From: an uncultured Planctomycetota bacterium
Lineage (GTDB): Bacteria > Planctomycetota > Planctomycetia > Isosphaerales > Isosphaeraceae
NCBI GenBank assembly: GCA_963845755.1
Contig: CAWJTV010000039.1
Coordinates: 320,001 to 384,000, forward strand
DNA length: 64,000 bases
Direction: 5' to 3'
Shown: positions 50,844 to 61,352 of the stretch, piece by piece
How positions within the stretch are numbered: the first letter of the stretch is position 1
Layout of the letters: the number at the start of each line of letters is the position of its first letter
Made by a program: the position numbers and the translations under genes
The notes under the pieces: model-generated
Seen by the model: only the letters and a program-made list of their open reading frames with translations
What the model was told of the DNA's origin: nothing
The model's database searches: none

Positions 50844-53800
50844 CGGGCGACCCACCCGAAATCGAGACCGGCTCGCGGCCGGCGAGCACTCAGAGTCTGT
50901 TCCCGAAGGGCGAGCGGGGGGCGTCAGCCCCCTGTCTTGGAGGTCCGTCGCTCACCGGACAGAGGGCTGACGCCCCCCGCTCGCCCGGACCGGCCCCTTC
51001 GGGAATAGACTCTCAGTCGGCGGCGTGCGCCGACCGAGAGGCGGCCTCGAGCCCCGACCTCGACGGAACCGCGACCGCCAATGACCCGGTCTTGAACCGG
51101 CTGGTCGAGGAACTGACCGAGAAGCTCCAGGCGGGGGAGCGGGTCGACCTGTCGGCATACGTCGCGCGGTTCCCCGAACAGGCCGACCGTCTGAGACGCC
51201 TGTGGCCGGCCTTACGGATGATGGCCAACATGAGCCAATCGGCCGTCCTCGACATCCAGCGCGACAACCGGGCAAATTCCGTCGACGAGCCGCTACCCGA
51301 GCTGGGGGATTATCAGTTGCTGCGCGAGGTCGGCCGCGGGGGCATGGGCGTCGTCTACGAGGCGAGGCAGGTCTCACTCGGGCGGCGCGTCGCCCTCAAG
51401 GTGCTGCCGTTCGCCGCGGCCCTCGATAAGAGCCAGCTCGAGCGGTTCCGCACCGAGGCCCACGCCGCCGCTCAACTGCACCACACCAACATCGTGCCGG
51501 TCTTCTCGGTCGGCTGCGAACGGGGCGTGCACTACTACGCCATGCAGTTCATCGACGGCCGGACCCTCGCCCAGATCATCCACGAGCAACGGCAGGACGA
51601 CCCCCTGGAGCTCGAGACCTCCCGACCTTTGTCGCGCACGACCACTTTCGGCTCGACCGGTCAGCGTGCGCGGTTCCGGCTGGTCGCCGAGCTGGGAATC
51701 CAGGCTGCCGAGGCGCTGGACTACGCCCATCGCCTCGGGATCGTCCATCGCGACATCAAGCCCGCCAACCTGCTGCTCGATGTGCGCGGCAACCTCTGGG
51801 TCACCGACTTCGGCCTGGCGCGGTTCCAGGACGAGGCGGGCCTGACCATGACCGGTGATGTCCTGGGAACACTGCGATACATGAGCCCCGAGCAAGCGCT
51901 GGCCCACCGGGGCGCGGTTGACCATCGCACCGACATCTACGCGCTCGGGGTGACTCTCTACGAGCTCTCGACGCTCCGCCCCGCCGTCGCCGGCACCGAT
52001 CGCCAGGAGCTGCTTCGGCGCATTGCGCAGGAAGAACCGATCGCCCCGCGGCGGCTCGACCTGGCGATTCCCCGCGAGCTCGAAACGATCCTCTTGAAGG
52101 CAATGGCCAAGGAGCAGACGACCCGTTACGCGACCCGCGCGAGCTGGCCGATGATTTGCGGCGCTTCCTCGAGGACAGGCCGATCCGTGCCCAGCGGCCG
52201 ACCTTATGGCAGCACGTCGTCAAGTGGGCACGGCGGCATCCGTCGGTCGTCGCCACGACCTTGATCGTGCTGGCGCTCTTGCTGGCCGGTTCGTCGCTGG
52301 CGACGGCGCTGGTCTGGCGCGAGCAGGCGCGGACCAGGACGGCGCTGGCGGCCGAATCGCTCCTGCGCGCCGAGGCGGTCGAGCGCGAGCGGGTCATACG
52401 CCGGCATCTCTATGCAGCCGAGATGAATCTGGCCCATCAGGCCTGGGACCTGGGCAACGTGGCCTACGCCCTGGACATCCTCGAGCGGCAACGGCCGGCC
52501 GCCGGCAAGGAGGACCTGCGCGGCTTCGAGTGGGGCTACCTCTGGCAGCTCTGCGGCGGCAGCCGGCAGCAAGGTTTGGCCCTGCACAGGCGACCCATCG
52601 GCCGACTCGCCTACTCTGCCGACGGCGCCCTGCTCGCGTCGGGGGCCGCCGACGGCACGATCGCGCTATCGGCGCTCGGCGAGCCCGGCCCGCGCCATTT
52701 TCTCCACGCGCACCGCGGGCCGGTCACGGCCCTGAGGTTTGCTTGTGATGGCAAGCTCCTGGCGTCGGCATCCTCGGGCGAGGACCACTCGGTCGCGGTG
52801 TGGGACCCGGCCACCGGGCGGGAACGCTGGCGCCGGGAGGCCCCGTCGCAGTCGGTCCGAGACGTCGCACTGGCGCCGGATGGCCGCACGATCGTGACGC
52901 TCGGCGAGCGTGCTGCGACCGTCTGGGACGCGGCCACCGGAGAAATCCAGCGCCGGATTCCGCTCCCTGAAGACTCCGACCTGGCCATGGCGCTGGCGCC
53001 CGACGGCCGGTCACTGGTCACCGGTGGGACTGCCAACGAGCCGTCGCTCTGGGACCTGGCCAACGGCAAAAGGCTCCGGCGGTTCGCCGGGCTGAACGGC
53101 GGGTCCAGCGCCCTGGCGTTTGCTCCCGACGGCCAGACCCTGGCGGCGGGAGGCGCCGGCTGGACGGTCATGCTTTGGGACGTGGCGTCCGGCGACATGC
53201 GCATTGCGCTGGGCGGCGATGCCGGCGGCGCCGGGCTGATTGCCTTTGCCGCCAACGGCCAGACGCTCGGGGTCCTTCAACACGCCCACTGCGTGACGCT
53301 CTGGGACCTGGGGCGAGGTCGAGTGCTTTCTCTCGGCGTTGCAGACAGCGTGCGGACCGCAGCCCTTGCGCCCGACGGCCAAACCTTCGCCCTGGGTCGC
53401 GACGACGGGACGGTTCCGCTCTGGACCACCGCTCCACTGTCCCCTTCGGTCGCGCTCGACGTTCCCGCCCGGCAGGGGCTCTCGCTCGCATTCGCCGCGG
53501 ATTCGGCCACGCTCGTGAGCGGCACCATCGACGGCACCATCACCCTTTGGGACGTGTCCCGGGCCCGCCCCCGGCGAGTGCTCGCCACGCTCGACACGCC
53601 GATCATGGCCCTGGCCTGTTCACCCGACGGCAAGCGTCTCGCGGCGGGATGCCGGGACAAGACCGTGCGCGTCTGGGACGCCGCCACCGGCCACGAGCCG
53701 GCCGTGCTCCGCGGCCACGAGCAACCGGTCGAATGCGTCGCGTTCTCGCCCGACGGCCGCTCGTTGGCCTCCGGCAGCCGGGACCGCACGGTGCGAATCT

Positions 53801-54804
53801 GGAACACCGCAACCTGCCGGGAGGAGGTCGTTTTCCGCGGGTTGTCGGGCACTGTGCTCGCGTTGGCGTTCTTTCCCGATGGAAAGTCAGTGGCCAGCGC
53901 GGACGACGGCGCTCTTGTCCATATCTGGGACCTGGTTGCACGGCGGGAAGCGCGGAGCTTGTCCCTTTCCGCTGGGTCGCAGGTCCGGGCCGTTTCGATC
54001 GCTCCCGATGGACGAGACCTGGCTACCGGCCTGGCGGGTGGTTCGCTCAAGGTGTGGGATGCCGCATCCGGCCGCGAACGTCTCAGCCTCGCTGGCCATC
54101 GCTTCTCGCCCCGGACCCTCGCTTTTTTCCCGCACGGCGACGTGCTCGCATCAGGGAGCGTCGACGGGACCGTGCGCCTCTGGGACCTGGTGATCGGCCG
54201 GGCGCGGGCGACGCTCAAGGTCCCCAGCGGCATGGTCAAGTTGGTCGCCGTCAGCCCGGACGGCCAGGTGCTGGCGACCATCGCCGCCGATGGGTCGGTC
54301 CGGCTCTGGTCGGCCGGTGTCCACGCCTGGCCGCGCCCTCCGGAGACCGACCGCGACGTGCCCGGAGATGCGAATACCCTGTCATTGTCCAATAACCTCG
54401 CCTGGGCGCTGGCGACATGCCCCGATCTCGGCTTGCGCAATCCGCCTCGTGCCGTTGCCCTGGCGCAATCGATCGTCCGGCACGCGCCCCTGGAAGGGTT
54501 GTACTGGAATACCTTGGGAGTCGCCTATTGCCGCGCCGGCGACTGGAACGCTGCCCACGCCGCTCTGGAGCGATCGATGCAGCTTCGCAGCGGCGGCGAC
54601 AGCCACGATTGGTTCTTCCTGGCAATGGCCTGCTGGAACCGCGGCGACCGCAAGCAAGCCCTCACCTGGCTCGAGCGCGCCGAGCGCTGGATGGACAAGG
54701 ACCGGCCACACGACCACGAGCTCAAGCGCTTTCGTGCCGAGGCCGTTGCCCTGATCAAGTCGCCAGCCCCGCCGCCGTCCACCGGCTCAGCACAAGAACG
54801 CTAA
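50840..54804 (+). CDS. Membrane Ser/Thr kinase with WD40 repeats and C-terminal TPR (frameshift near 52135)
   Basis: VGRGGMGVVY, HRDIKPAN, DFGLAR, GTLRYMSPEQ; TM helix; DLRGFEW; many SPDG..LA/WD repeats; NNLAWALAT, WNTLGVAY. Confidence 0.92.
50893..51012. mobile_element. 120-bp MITE with 18-bp TIRs and TCA target duplication, in frame inside the kinase gene
   Basis: TCA|gagtctgttcccgaaggg ... cccttcgggaatagactc|TCA; internal palindrome ggcgagcggggggcgtcagccc...gggctgacgccccccgctcgcc. Confidence 0.85.
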
Positions 54805-55342
54805 GCGGGGCGAAGGAATTACCGCGCAGTGAGTTGCGGTGCCGCCATTATGCCAGTCACAATGGCAGAGCTGTGTCTAGGCGACGACAGGTCTTGCCTA
54901 CGGGATGTAGGGCGTGTCATGACACTTGCGGTTGCTGGATCTCCGACATCGACGCTCGCGAGATGCGCCAAAGTGCGAAAAACTCATTAGGGGGGACACG
55001 CGAAGCTGGAAAGGGGGTTGTCGGCTAGAGGGGTAGCCCAGCTAGGGAATGGAAACGGGACGTAGCTAGATTACGCCTCCCACGTCCCCCTCGACATCGG
55101 TTTCCCGATCTTGCGCATGAGGTCTCATGGTTTTTCGAGGCGGTGCCACAATTCCCGCCATTCGACTTAACTGGTGACTCAATAATGGTTTGTGGCAATC
55201 ATTCCGGCGCGCTGTTCGACGAAAAACCTTAATATGCGGCAAAGTTTATGCAACTGGAGTCGCGCTCGGGCGGATCATATGGGTAAACAGGACGCCGCGC
55301 TGAGAACCACTTCCTCTGCATCCGCTCCCGGGGCCTACCTCC

Positions 55343-56950
55343 ATGACTACGACGACCAGGCCGGATCGGGCCGAGATCAACCGCCGTAACGCCCAGAAGA
55401 GCACCGGACCCCGGACACCCGAGGGCAAGAACCGCTCCCGGTTCAACGCCGTCAAGCACGGCATGACCGCCAAGACTCTCGTCTTGCCCGGCGAGGATCC
55501 CGACGCGCTTCAAGAGCGGCTCGACTCCTGGATCGGCAACCTCCAGCCTCAGAACGACGTCGAGCAGTTCCTGGTCGAGCAGGCCGTGCAGTCCTCCTGG
55601 AAATTAGATCGGGCCGATCGCGCCGAGGTCGCCCGGCTCTCCCACATCATCGAAACGCTGCCGGTCCTGGAGGCGAACCGTCAGCAGGAAGAGGCCGCCG
55701 CGCTGGGCCGTCGGCTCTTCAGCGATCGCAATGGATCGGGAAGCATCAAGCTTCAGAGCCAGATCCTCGAAGCCCTGCTCCCGGGCCGCAAGTCCCCGAC
55801 CTCCCGGCCCCTCGACGTCCTGGATCACGCCGGGGCCATCGTCCGCCGGCTCGAATCCACCGGTCCCGGCTGCCAGTGGATGCTCGACCGCTGGATCGAG
55901 CTCCGCGCGATCCTCGACCAGGGCCAGACCTGGCCATCGACCGAAAAGTCCAGGGCGATCCGCCTGCTGGGGAAAGCACCGCTGAACCTGACGGCCGAGG
56001 AGTGGGAGAACCACTGCGAGCGCCGGCGGGCCAACCCGCACCCGGAGATCGACGGGTACCTGGCACGCAAGCTCGACCGTCAGTTGGTCGAGGGACTGGC
56101 GCAGGACGAGGCGGCGACGATCGAGGAACTGCGGAGCGTCGCCGAGCAGGCGATCGCGCGGCTGGAGCCGCTGACCGCCGAGCATCGCCGTTGCGCCGAG
56201 GCCGATGTGGCCCGGCAAGCGGACCTCCTGTCGTTCGACACCAGCACCGAGGGAGAGCGGCTGCGCCGCTACCAGTTCTCGTGCAGCCGGTCGCTGTTCC
56301 GCAGCCTCGACACCCTGAACAAAGTCCGACGATCCGGAGTGGGCGCGAAGCCGTGCTCAAAGGTCAGGGGTCAGTGTTCAGTAAACCCAACGGTCGATGT
56401 CGGGAATCCGCAAAACGAACCGACGGCCCCGACCGTCGATCAGATTCTGCAAAACGAACCGACTTCCGTGTCCGTCGATGTCGGGAATCCGCAAAACGAA
56501 CCGACAACCCCAACGATCGAGTGTTGCCGGCTGCCGGCACTCGGCGCTCTGATCTTCGCGATGATGCTCGTGGTTCTCGGTGTCGCCGTTCGAAGTCATA
56601 GCGATTCGTCAAGCCAGCCCAGGGCGGTGACCGTCGATCACGCGAATCCGCAAAACGAAGCCATCACGGGGCGCCGTCGAGTGGTTTTCCTCGATGCCGG
56701 CGCCGTCGGCGCGTCCTCGGCCCTGCCTCTGCGGCCGGACGGGGAACAGCAACACCCGGCTTTGAGGGATTCCCAATTCCCGATTCCGGACTCCCAATTC
56801 CCGATTCCGGATCCGCGATTTTCGACGTCCGCCGGGTCGGAATCGGCCATGAAGAATCTCCGGATCCAAACATGGCGCGGAAATCGCATTGAGAGAGGAT
56901 GGGACAGAACGGCTCCATTGACGAGTGGATGGACCGGATTCGACGGGTGA
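55343..56950 (+). CDS. Hypothetical protein with N-terminal NAQKSTGPRTPEGK motif and C-terminal QNEP repeats
   Basis: RRNAQKSTGPRTPEGKNRSRFNAVKHG; GERLRRYQ; repeated gcaaaacgaacc units at 56.4-56.7 kb; heptamer array read through at 56768-56821. Confidence 0.65.
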   Translation: MTTTTRPDRAEINRRNAQKSTGPRTPEGKNRSRFNAVKHGMTAKTLVLPGEDPDALQERLDSWIGNLQPQNDVEQFLVEQAVQSSWKLDRADRAEVARLSHIIETLPVLEANRQQEEAAALGRRLFSDRNGSGSIKLQSQILEALLPGRKSPTSRPLDVLDHAGAIVRRLESTGPGCQWMLDRWIELRAILDQGQTWPSTEKSRAIRLLGKAPLNLTAEEWENHCERRRANPHPEIDGYLARKLDRQLVEGLAQDEAATIEELRSVAEQAIARLEPLTAEHRRCAEADVARQADLLSFDTSTEGERLRRYQFSCSRSLFRSLDTLNKVRRSGVGAKPCSKVRGQCSVNPTVDVGNPQNEPTAPTVDQILQNEPTSVSVDVGNPQNEPTTPTIECCRLPALGALIFAMMLVVLGVAVRSHSDSSSQPRAVTVDHANPQNEAITGRRRVVFLDAGAVGASSALPLRPDGEQQHPALRDSQFPIPDSQFPIPDPRFSTSAGSESAMKNLRIQTWRGNRIERGWDRTAPLTSGWTGFDG

Positions 56951-57052
56951 GTCAAGAACCGGCTACGAGCGGATTCGGGCGGGTCGTCCGGCGTGATCTC
57001 CCCGGCGGCTGAATCCGTGTCATTCCAACGAACACAGCGAGACGCGGTTCCC

Positions 57053-58921
57053 ATGAATGAGATAAGTTCTGCCCGTCGGGCTCGGCGATGCGGGGCGATC
57101 GGGTCTGGGGACGGTTCTGTCCGTTGGCGGGTCTGGGCGCCCAGGGCCGGCCGCGTGAGCCTCGTCCTGAGGAACGCCGACGCGCGGCGAGAGGTCGCGA
57201 TGCACCCGGAAGACGGCGGTTTCTGGCGATACGCCGAGCCGGACGTCCTCCCCGGTCAGCGCTACGCCTACCGCATCGACGACGGTCCCGAACGCCCCGA
57301 TCCCTGTTCGCTGTGGCAGCCCGAGGGCGTCCACGGTCCCTCGGCCGTGGTGTTCCCGGAGCAGTTCGCGTGGACCGATCTCGGGTGGGGCGGAGTGCGC
57401 CGGGAGGACCTGGTGTTCTACGAGCTGCACGTCGGCACCTTCTCGCCCGAGGGGACATTCGAAGGGGTCATCCCGAGGCTACCCGACCTGCGCGAGCTGG
57501 GTGTTACCGCGGTCGAGATCATGCCCGTCGGCCAGTTCCCCGGACGCCGCAACTGGGGCTATGACGGCGTGCTCCCCTACGCCGCGCAGGACGGCTACGG
57601 CGGTCCACAGGGCCTGCAACGGCTCGTGGATGCTTGCCACGCCGAGGGCCTGGCGATCATCCTGGATGTCGTCTACAACCACTTCGGCCCGGAGGGGAAC
57701 TACCTGGGCGAGTTCGGCCCGTATTCCCACGACCGCTACAAGACGCCCTGGGGAGCCGCCGTCAACTACGACGGGCCCGGCTGCGGTGCGGTGCGCGACT
57801 ACGTGCGGGACAACGTCCGGATGTGGCTCGAGGAGTTCCACCTCGACGGCCTGCGGGTCGACGCCATCCACGCCATCTTCGACATGGGCGCGCACCACAT
57901 CCTCCGCGCCATCCGGGAGGTGGCGAACGAGTCCGGCTCGCGTCGGGGCTGGCCGGCGTTCGTGATCGGCGAGAGCGATCTGAACGACCCCCGAGTGCTC
58001 TACCCCTCCGATCGGGGCGGTTATGGACTGGACGCCCAATGGGCGGACGACTTCCATCATGCGGCGCACGCCTTCCTCACTGGGGAGCGGGCCGGCTACT
58101 ACTCCGACTTCGGTGAGGCGGAGCAACTGGCCCGTGTCTTCGAGCGCCCCTTCCTCTACGCCTGGGATTACAGCCCGTTCCGCGGCCGCAAGCACGGTGC
58201 CCCGCCCGAGGGCCTCTCCGGCGACCGCTTCGTGGTCTGCCTCCAGAATCATGACCAGGTGGGCAACCGCGCCTGCGGCGACCGGCTCGATTCACTGCTG
58301 GGGTCCCCGGCCGAGCAGCGGCTGGCCGCCGGATTGCTCCTGTTGTCGCCGTACCTGCCGCTCCTGTTCATGGGCCAGGAATACGGCGAGGAGAACCCGT
58401 TCCCCTTCTTCTGTTCGTTCGCGGATCCGCAGTTGGTCCAGGCCGTGCGCGAAGGGCGAAAGGCGGAGTTCGAGTCCTTCGCCTGGCAGGGTGAAGTCCC
58501 GGATCCCCAGGGCGAGGACACGTTCGCCTCGGCGAAGCTGAGCTGGTCGTGGCCGGAGGGGACGCAACGGTCGGGCCTGCGGCGGCTGTACCGCGACCTG
58601 TTGTCCGCACGCCGCGAATGGCCGGCCCTGCGCGACTTCGAGCGGCGATCCTCTCGCCTATTTCCGGATGCGAAATCGGGTCCCATACTGGAACTGGTCC
58701 GCGGCGACGACTCGACGGGCGCGGCAATCCGGGCGTTCTTCAACCTGGGAGACCGGCCGGTCCCCTTCCCCTGCGGTGCCCCCGACGGGGCGGCGGTCTT
58801 ATTCCAATCGGAAGCCGCGGGCTACGGGGGGGATTGCCGCAAAGCCGGACGGATCGCCGAATTGTCCCCGTTCGCGTATGTTGTTATTGGCCCTCCGTCC
58901 TGGAAGGCATTCCCTGGCTGA
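57053..58921 (+). CDS. treZ: Malto-oligosyltrehalose trehalohydrolase (GH13)
   Basis: [62 protein letters not shown]. Confidence 0.95.
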   Translation: MNEISSARRARRCGAIGSGDGSVRWRVWAPRAGRVSLVLRNADARREVAMHPEDGGFWRYAEPDVLPGQRYAYRIDDGPERPDPCSLWQPEGVHGPSAVVFPEQFAWTDLGWGGVRREDLVFYELHVGTFSPEGTFEGVIPRLPDLRELGVTAVEIMPVGQFPGRRNWGYDGVLPYAAQDGYGGPQGLQRLVDACHAEGLAIILDVVYNHFGPEGNYLGEFGPYSHDRYKTPWGAAVNYDGPGCGAVRDYVRDNVRMWLEEFHLDGLRVDAIHAIFDMGAHHILRAIREVANESGSRRGWPAFVIGESDLNDPRVLYPSDRGGYGLDAQWADDFHHAAHAFLTGERAGYYSDFGEAEQLARVFERPFLYAWDYSPFRGRKHGAPPEGLSGDRFVVCLQNHDQVGNRACGDRLDSLLGSPAEQRLAAGLLLLSPYLPLLFMGQEYGEENPFPFFCSFADPQLVQAVREGRKAEFESFAWQGEVPDPQGEDTFASAKLSWSWPEGTQRSGLRRLYRDLLSARREWPALRDFERRSSRLFPDAKSGPILELVRGDDSTGAAIRAFFNLGDRPVPFPCGAPDGAAVLFQSEAAGYGGDCRKAGRIAELSPFAYVVIGPPSWKAFPG

Positions 58922-58968
58922 GATTCCATTCCATCCTCGACCCCAGCGGCACATCCGGAGAGCACGCA

Positions 58969-61184
58969 ATGAGAGTTTGGCCGGGACACCCTTATCCCCT
59001 CGGCGCGACCTGGGACGGCGCGGGGGTGAACTTCGCCCTGTTCGCCGAGAACGCTACCAAGGTCGAGCTTTGCCTGTTCGACTCCAAGGATGCGACCCAG
59101 GAGTCGCAGCGGATCCCGATCAAGGAGTACACGGACAAGGTCTGGCACATCTACCTGCCCGACGTGCTCCCCGGCCAGCTTTATGGCTACCGCCTCCACG
59201 GGCCGTACGAACCCACCCAGGGGCACCGATTCAATCCCAACAAGGTGGTGCTCGACCCGTACGCCAAGTCGATCGGCCGCGACGTACGGTGGGCGGACGA
59301 GCTCTTCGGCTACAAGCTCAACGACCCGGAGGCCGATCTCTCCTTCGACGACCGCGATAGCGCCCCCTTCGCCCCGCTGGCCGTCGTGATCGAATCGGCC
59401 TTCACCTGGGGCGACGACCGATCGCCCCGGATCCCCTGGCACAAGACGATGATCTACGAGCTGCACGTCAAGGGCTTCACCCAGCTCAATCCCTTCGTGC
59501 CCGAGCACCTGCGCGGCAGCTATGCCGGTCTGGCCTCCGAGTCGGCCATCAAACATCTGACCGACCTCGGGGTCACGGCCGTCGAGTTGCTGCCGGTCCA
59601 CCACCACCTCGACGACCGCCACCTGGTCGAGAAGGGTCTGAGGAATTATTGGGGCTACAACACCCTGGCCTTCTTCGCGCCGGCGTCCAGCTACTGCTGC
59701 GAGAGCATCCTCCAGGACTCCGTGCAGCAGTTCAAGATGATGGTGCGGGCCATGCATAGTGCGGGGCTCGAGGTGATCCTCGACGTCGTCTATAACCACA
59801 CCGCCGAGGGGAACCAGATGGGACCGACCCTCTCGATGCGGGGCGTGGACAACGCCGCCTATTATCGACTGACTCCCGACCCGCGTTACTACATGGACTT
59901 CACGGGGACGGGCAACACGTTGAACATGACGCACCCGTACGTCCTCCAGCTCGTCATGGACAGCCTGCGCTACTGGGTCACCGAGATGCACGTCGACGGC
60001 TTCCGGTTCGACCTGGCCAGCACGCTGGCTCGCGAACTGTTCGATGTGGACCGCCTGGCGCGTTCTTCGACATCATCCACCAGGACCCGCTCCTGTCCCA
60101 GGTGAAGCTGATCGCCGAGCCGTGGGACGTCGGCCCGGGCGGCTACCAGGTGGGCAATTTCCCGGTCCTCTGGACCGAATGGAACGGCAAGTACCGCGAC
60201 TGCGTCCGCCGCTTCTGGAAGGGGGACGGCGGCGCGACCTCCGAGCTGGCCACCCGGCTCTCGGGCAGCAGCGACCTCTATCAGGACGACGGCCGCAAGC
60301 CTTATGCCAGCATCAACTTCATCACCTGTCACGACGGCTTCACCCTCGAGGATCTGGTCGGCTACAACGACAAGCACAACGAGGCCAACGGCGAGGAGAA
60401 TCGCGACGGCGCCAACGACAACAATAGCTGGAACTGCGGCGCCGAGGGGCCGACCGACGACCCCGCCATCATCGAGCTGCGCCAGCGCCAGAAGCGGAAC
60501 CTCATCGCCACCCTGATGCTCTCCGTGGGAGTGCCCATGATGCTCGGCGGTGACGAGCTGAGCCACAGCCAGAACGGGAACAACAACACCTACTGCCAGG
60601 ACAACGAACTGACCTGGCTCAAGTGGGACCTGGACGACCGACAGCATACCTTCCTGGAATTCACGCGAAAGGTGATCTTCCTCTGGAAGACCCAGCCGGT
60701 TCTCCAGCGCCGGAAATTCTTCCTCGGCCGTGCCATTCGCGGCTCGGAGATCAAGGACATCTCCTTCTTCAATCCCTCGGGGCAGGAGATGTCCGACGAG
60801 GACTGGAATGCCGGCTTCGTCAAATGCCTGGGCGTGCGACTGGCCGGCGACCTGATCAACGACGAGAACGAACGTGGCGAGCCGATCGTGGGCGAAACGT
60901 TGCTGCTCTTGCTCAACGGCCACTGGGAGCCGATCTCATTCACCTTGCCAACGACCCGCGAGGGACACATCTGGGACCGGATCCTCGACACGGCCGACCT
61001 CAGCGAGCAGCAGCAGGATTACGAGGGAGGCCAGCATTACGAGATCAAGGACCGTTCCTTGTCGCTCCTGGCCGCCCGCGCGCCCCACGACAAGGGCCTA
61101 CCCCTGACGCCGGTGCAGGTCAAGTCGATCCTGTCCGAGCCGAGGGGCGCCAGCTACAAGCCGCCGGGGGCCTCGCCGATCTAG
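58969..61184 (+). CDS. glgX: Glycogen debranching enzyme GlgX/TreX (frameshifts near 60060-60090)
   Basis: [68 protein letters not shown]. Confidence 0.95.
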
Positions 61185-61341
61185 CGTTTTCCTCCGTAGC
61201 ATCTCCTGCGCGGTGCGCGCATTGGGGGTGGTCCCAATCCGAGATTCAAGATTCAAAATGAAACCATTCCGGAATCTTGAATCTCGAATCTCGAATGCTG
61301 AATCTTGAATCCCTTCTTGGTTGCGGTCGAGGGCCGCGTGA
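61184..61341 (+). mobile_element. Diverged member of the heptamer-array MITE family
   Basis: gcgttttcctccgtag...(GATTCAA/GAATCT[CT] arrays)...ggttgcggtcgagggccgcg then TGA; lies between glgX and treY. Confidence 0.7.
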
Positions 61342-61352
61342 GGAAAACGCCC

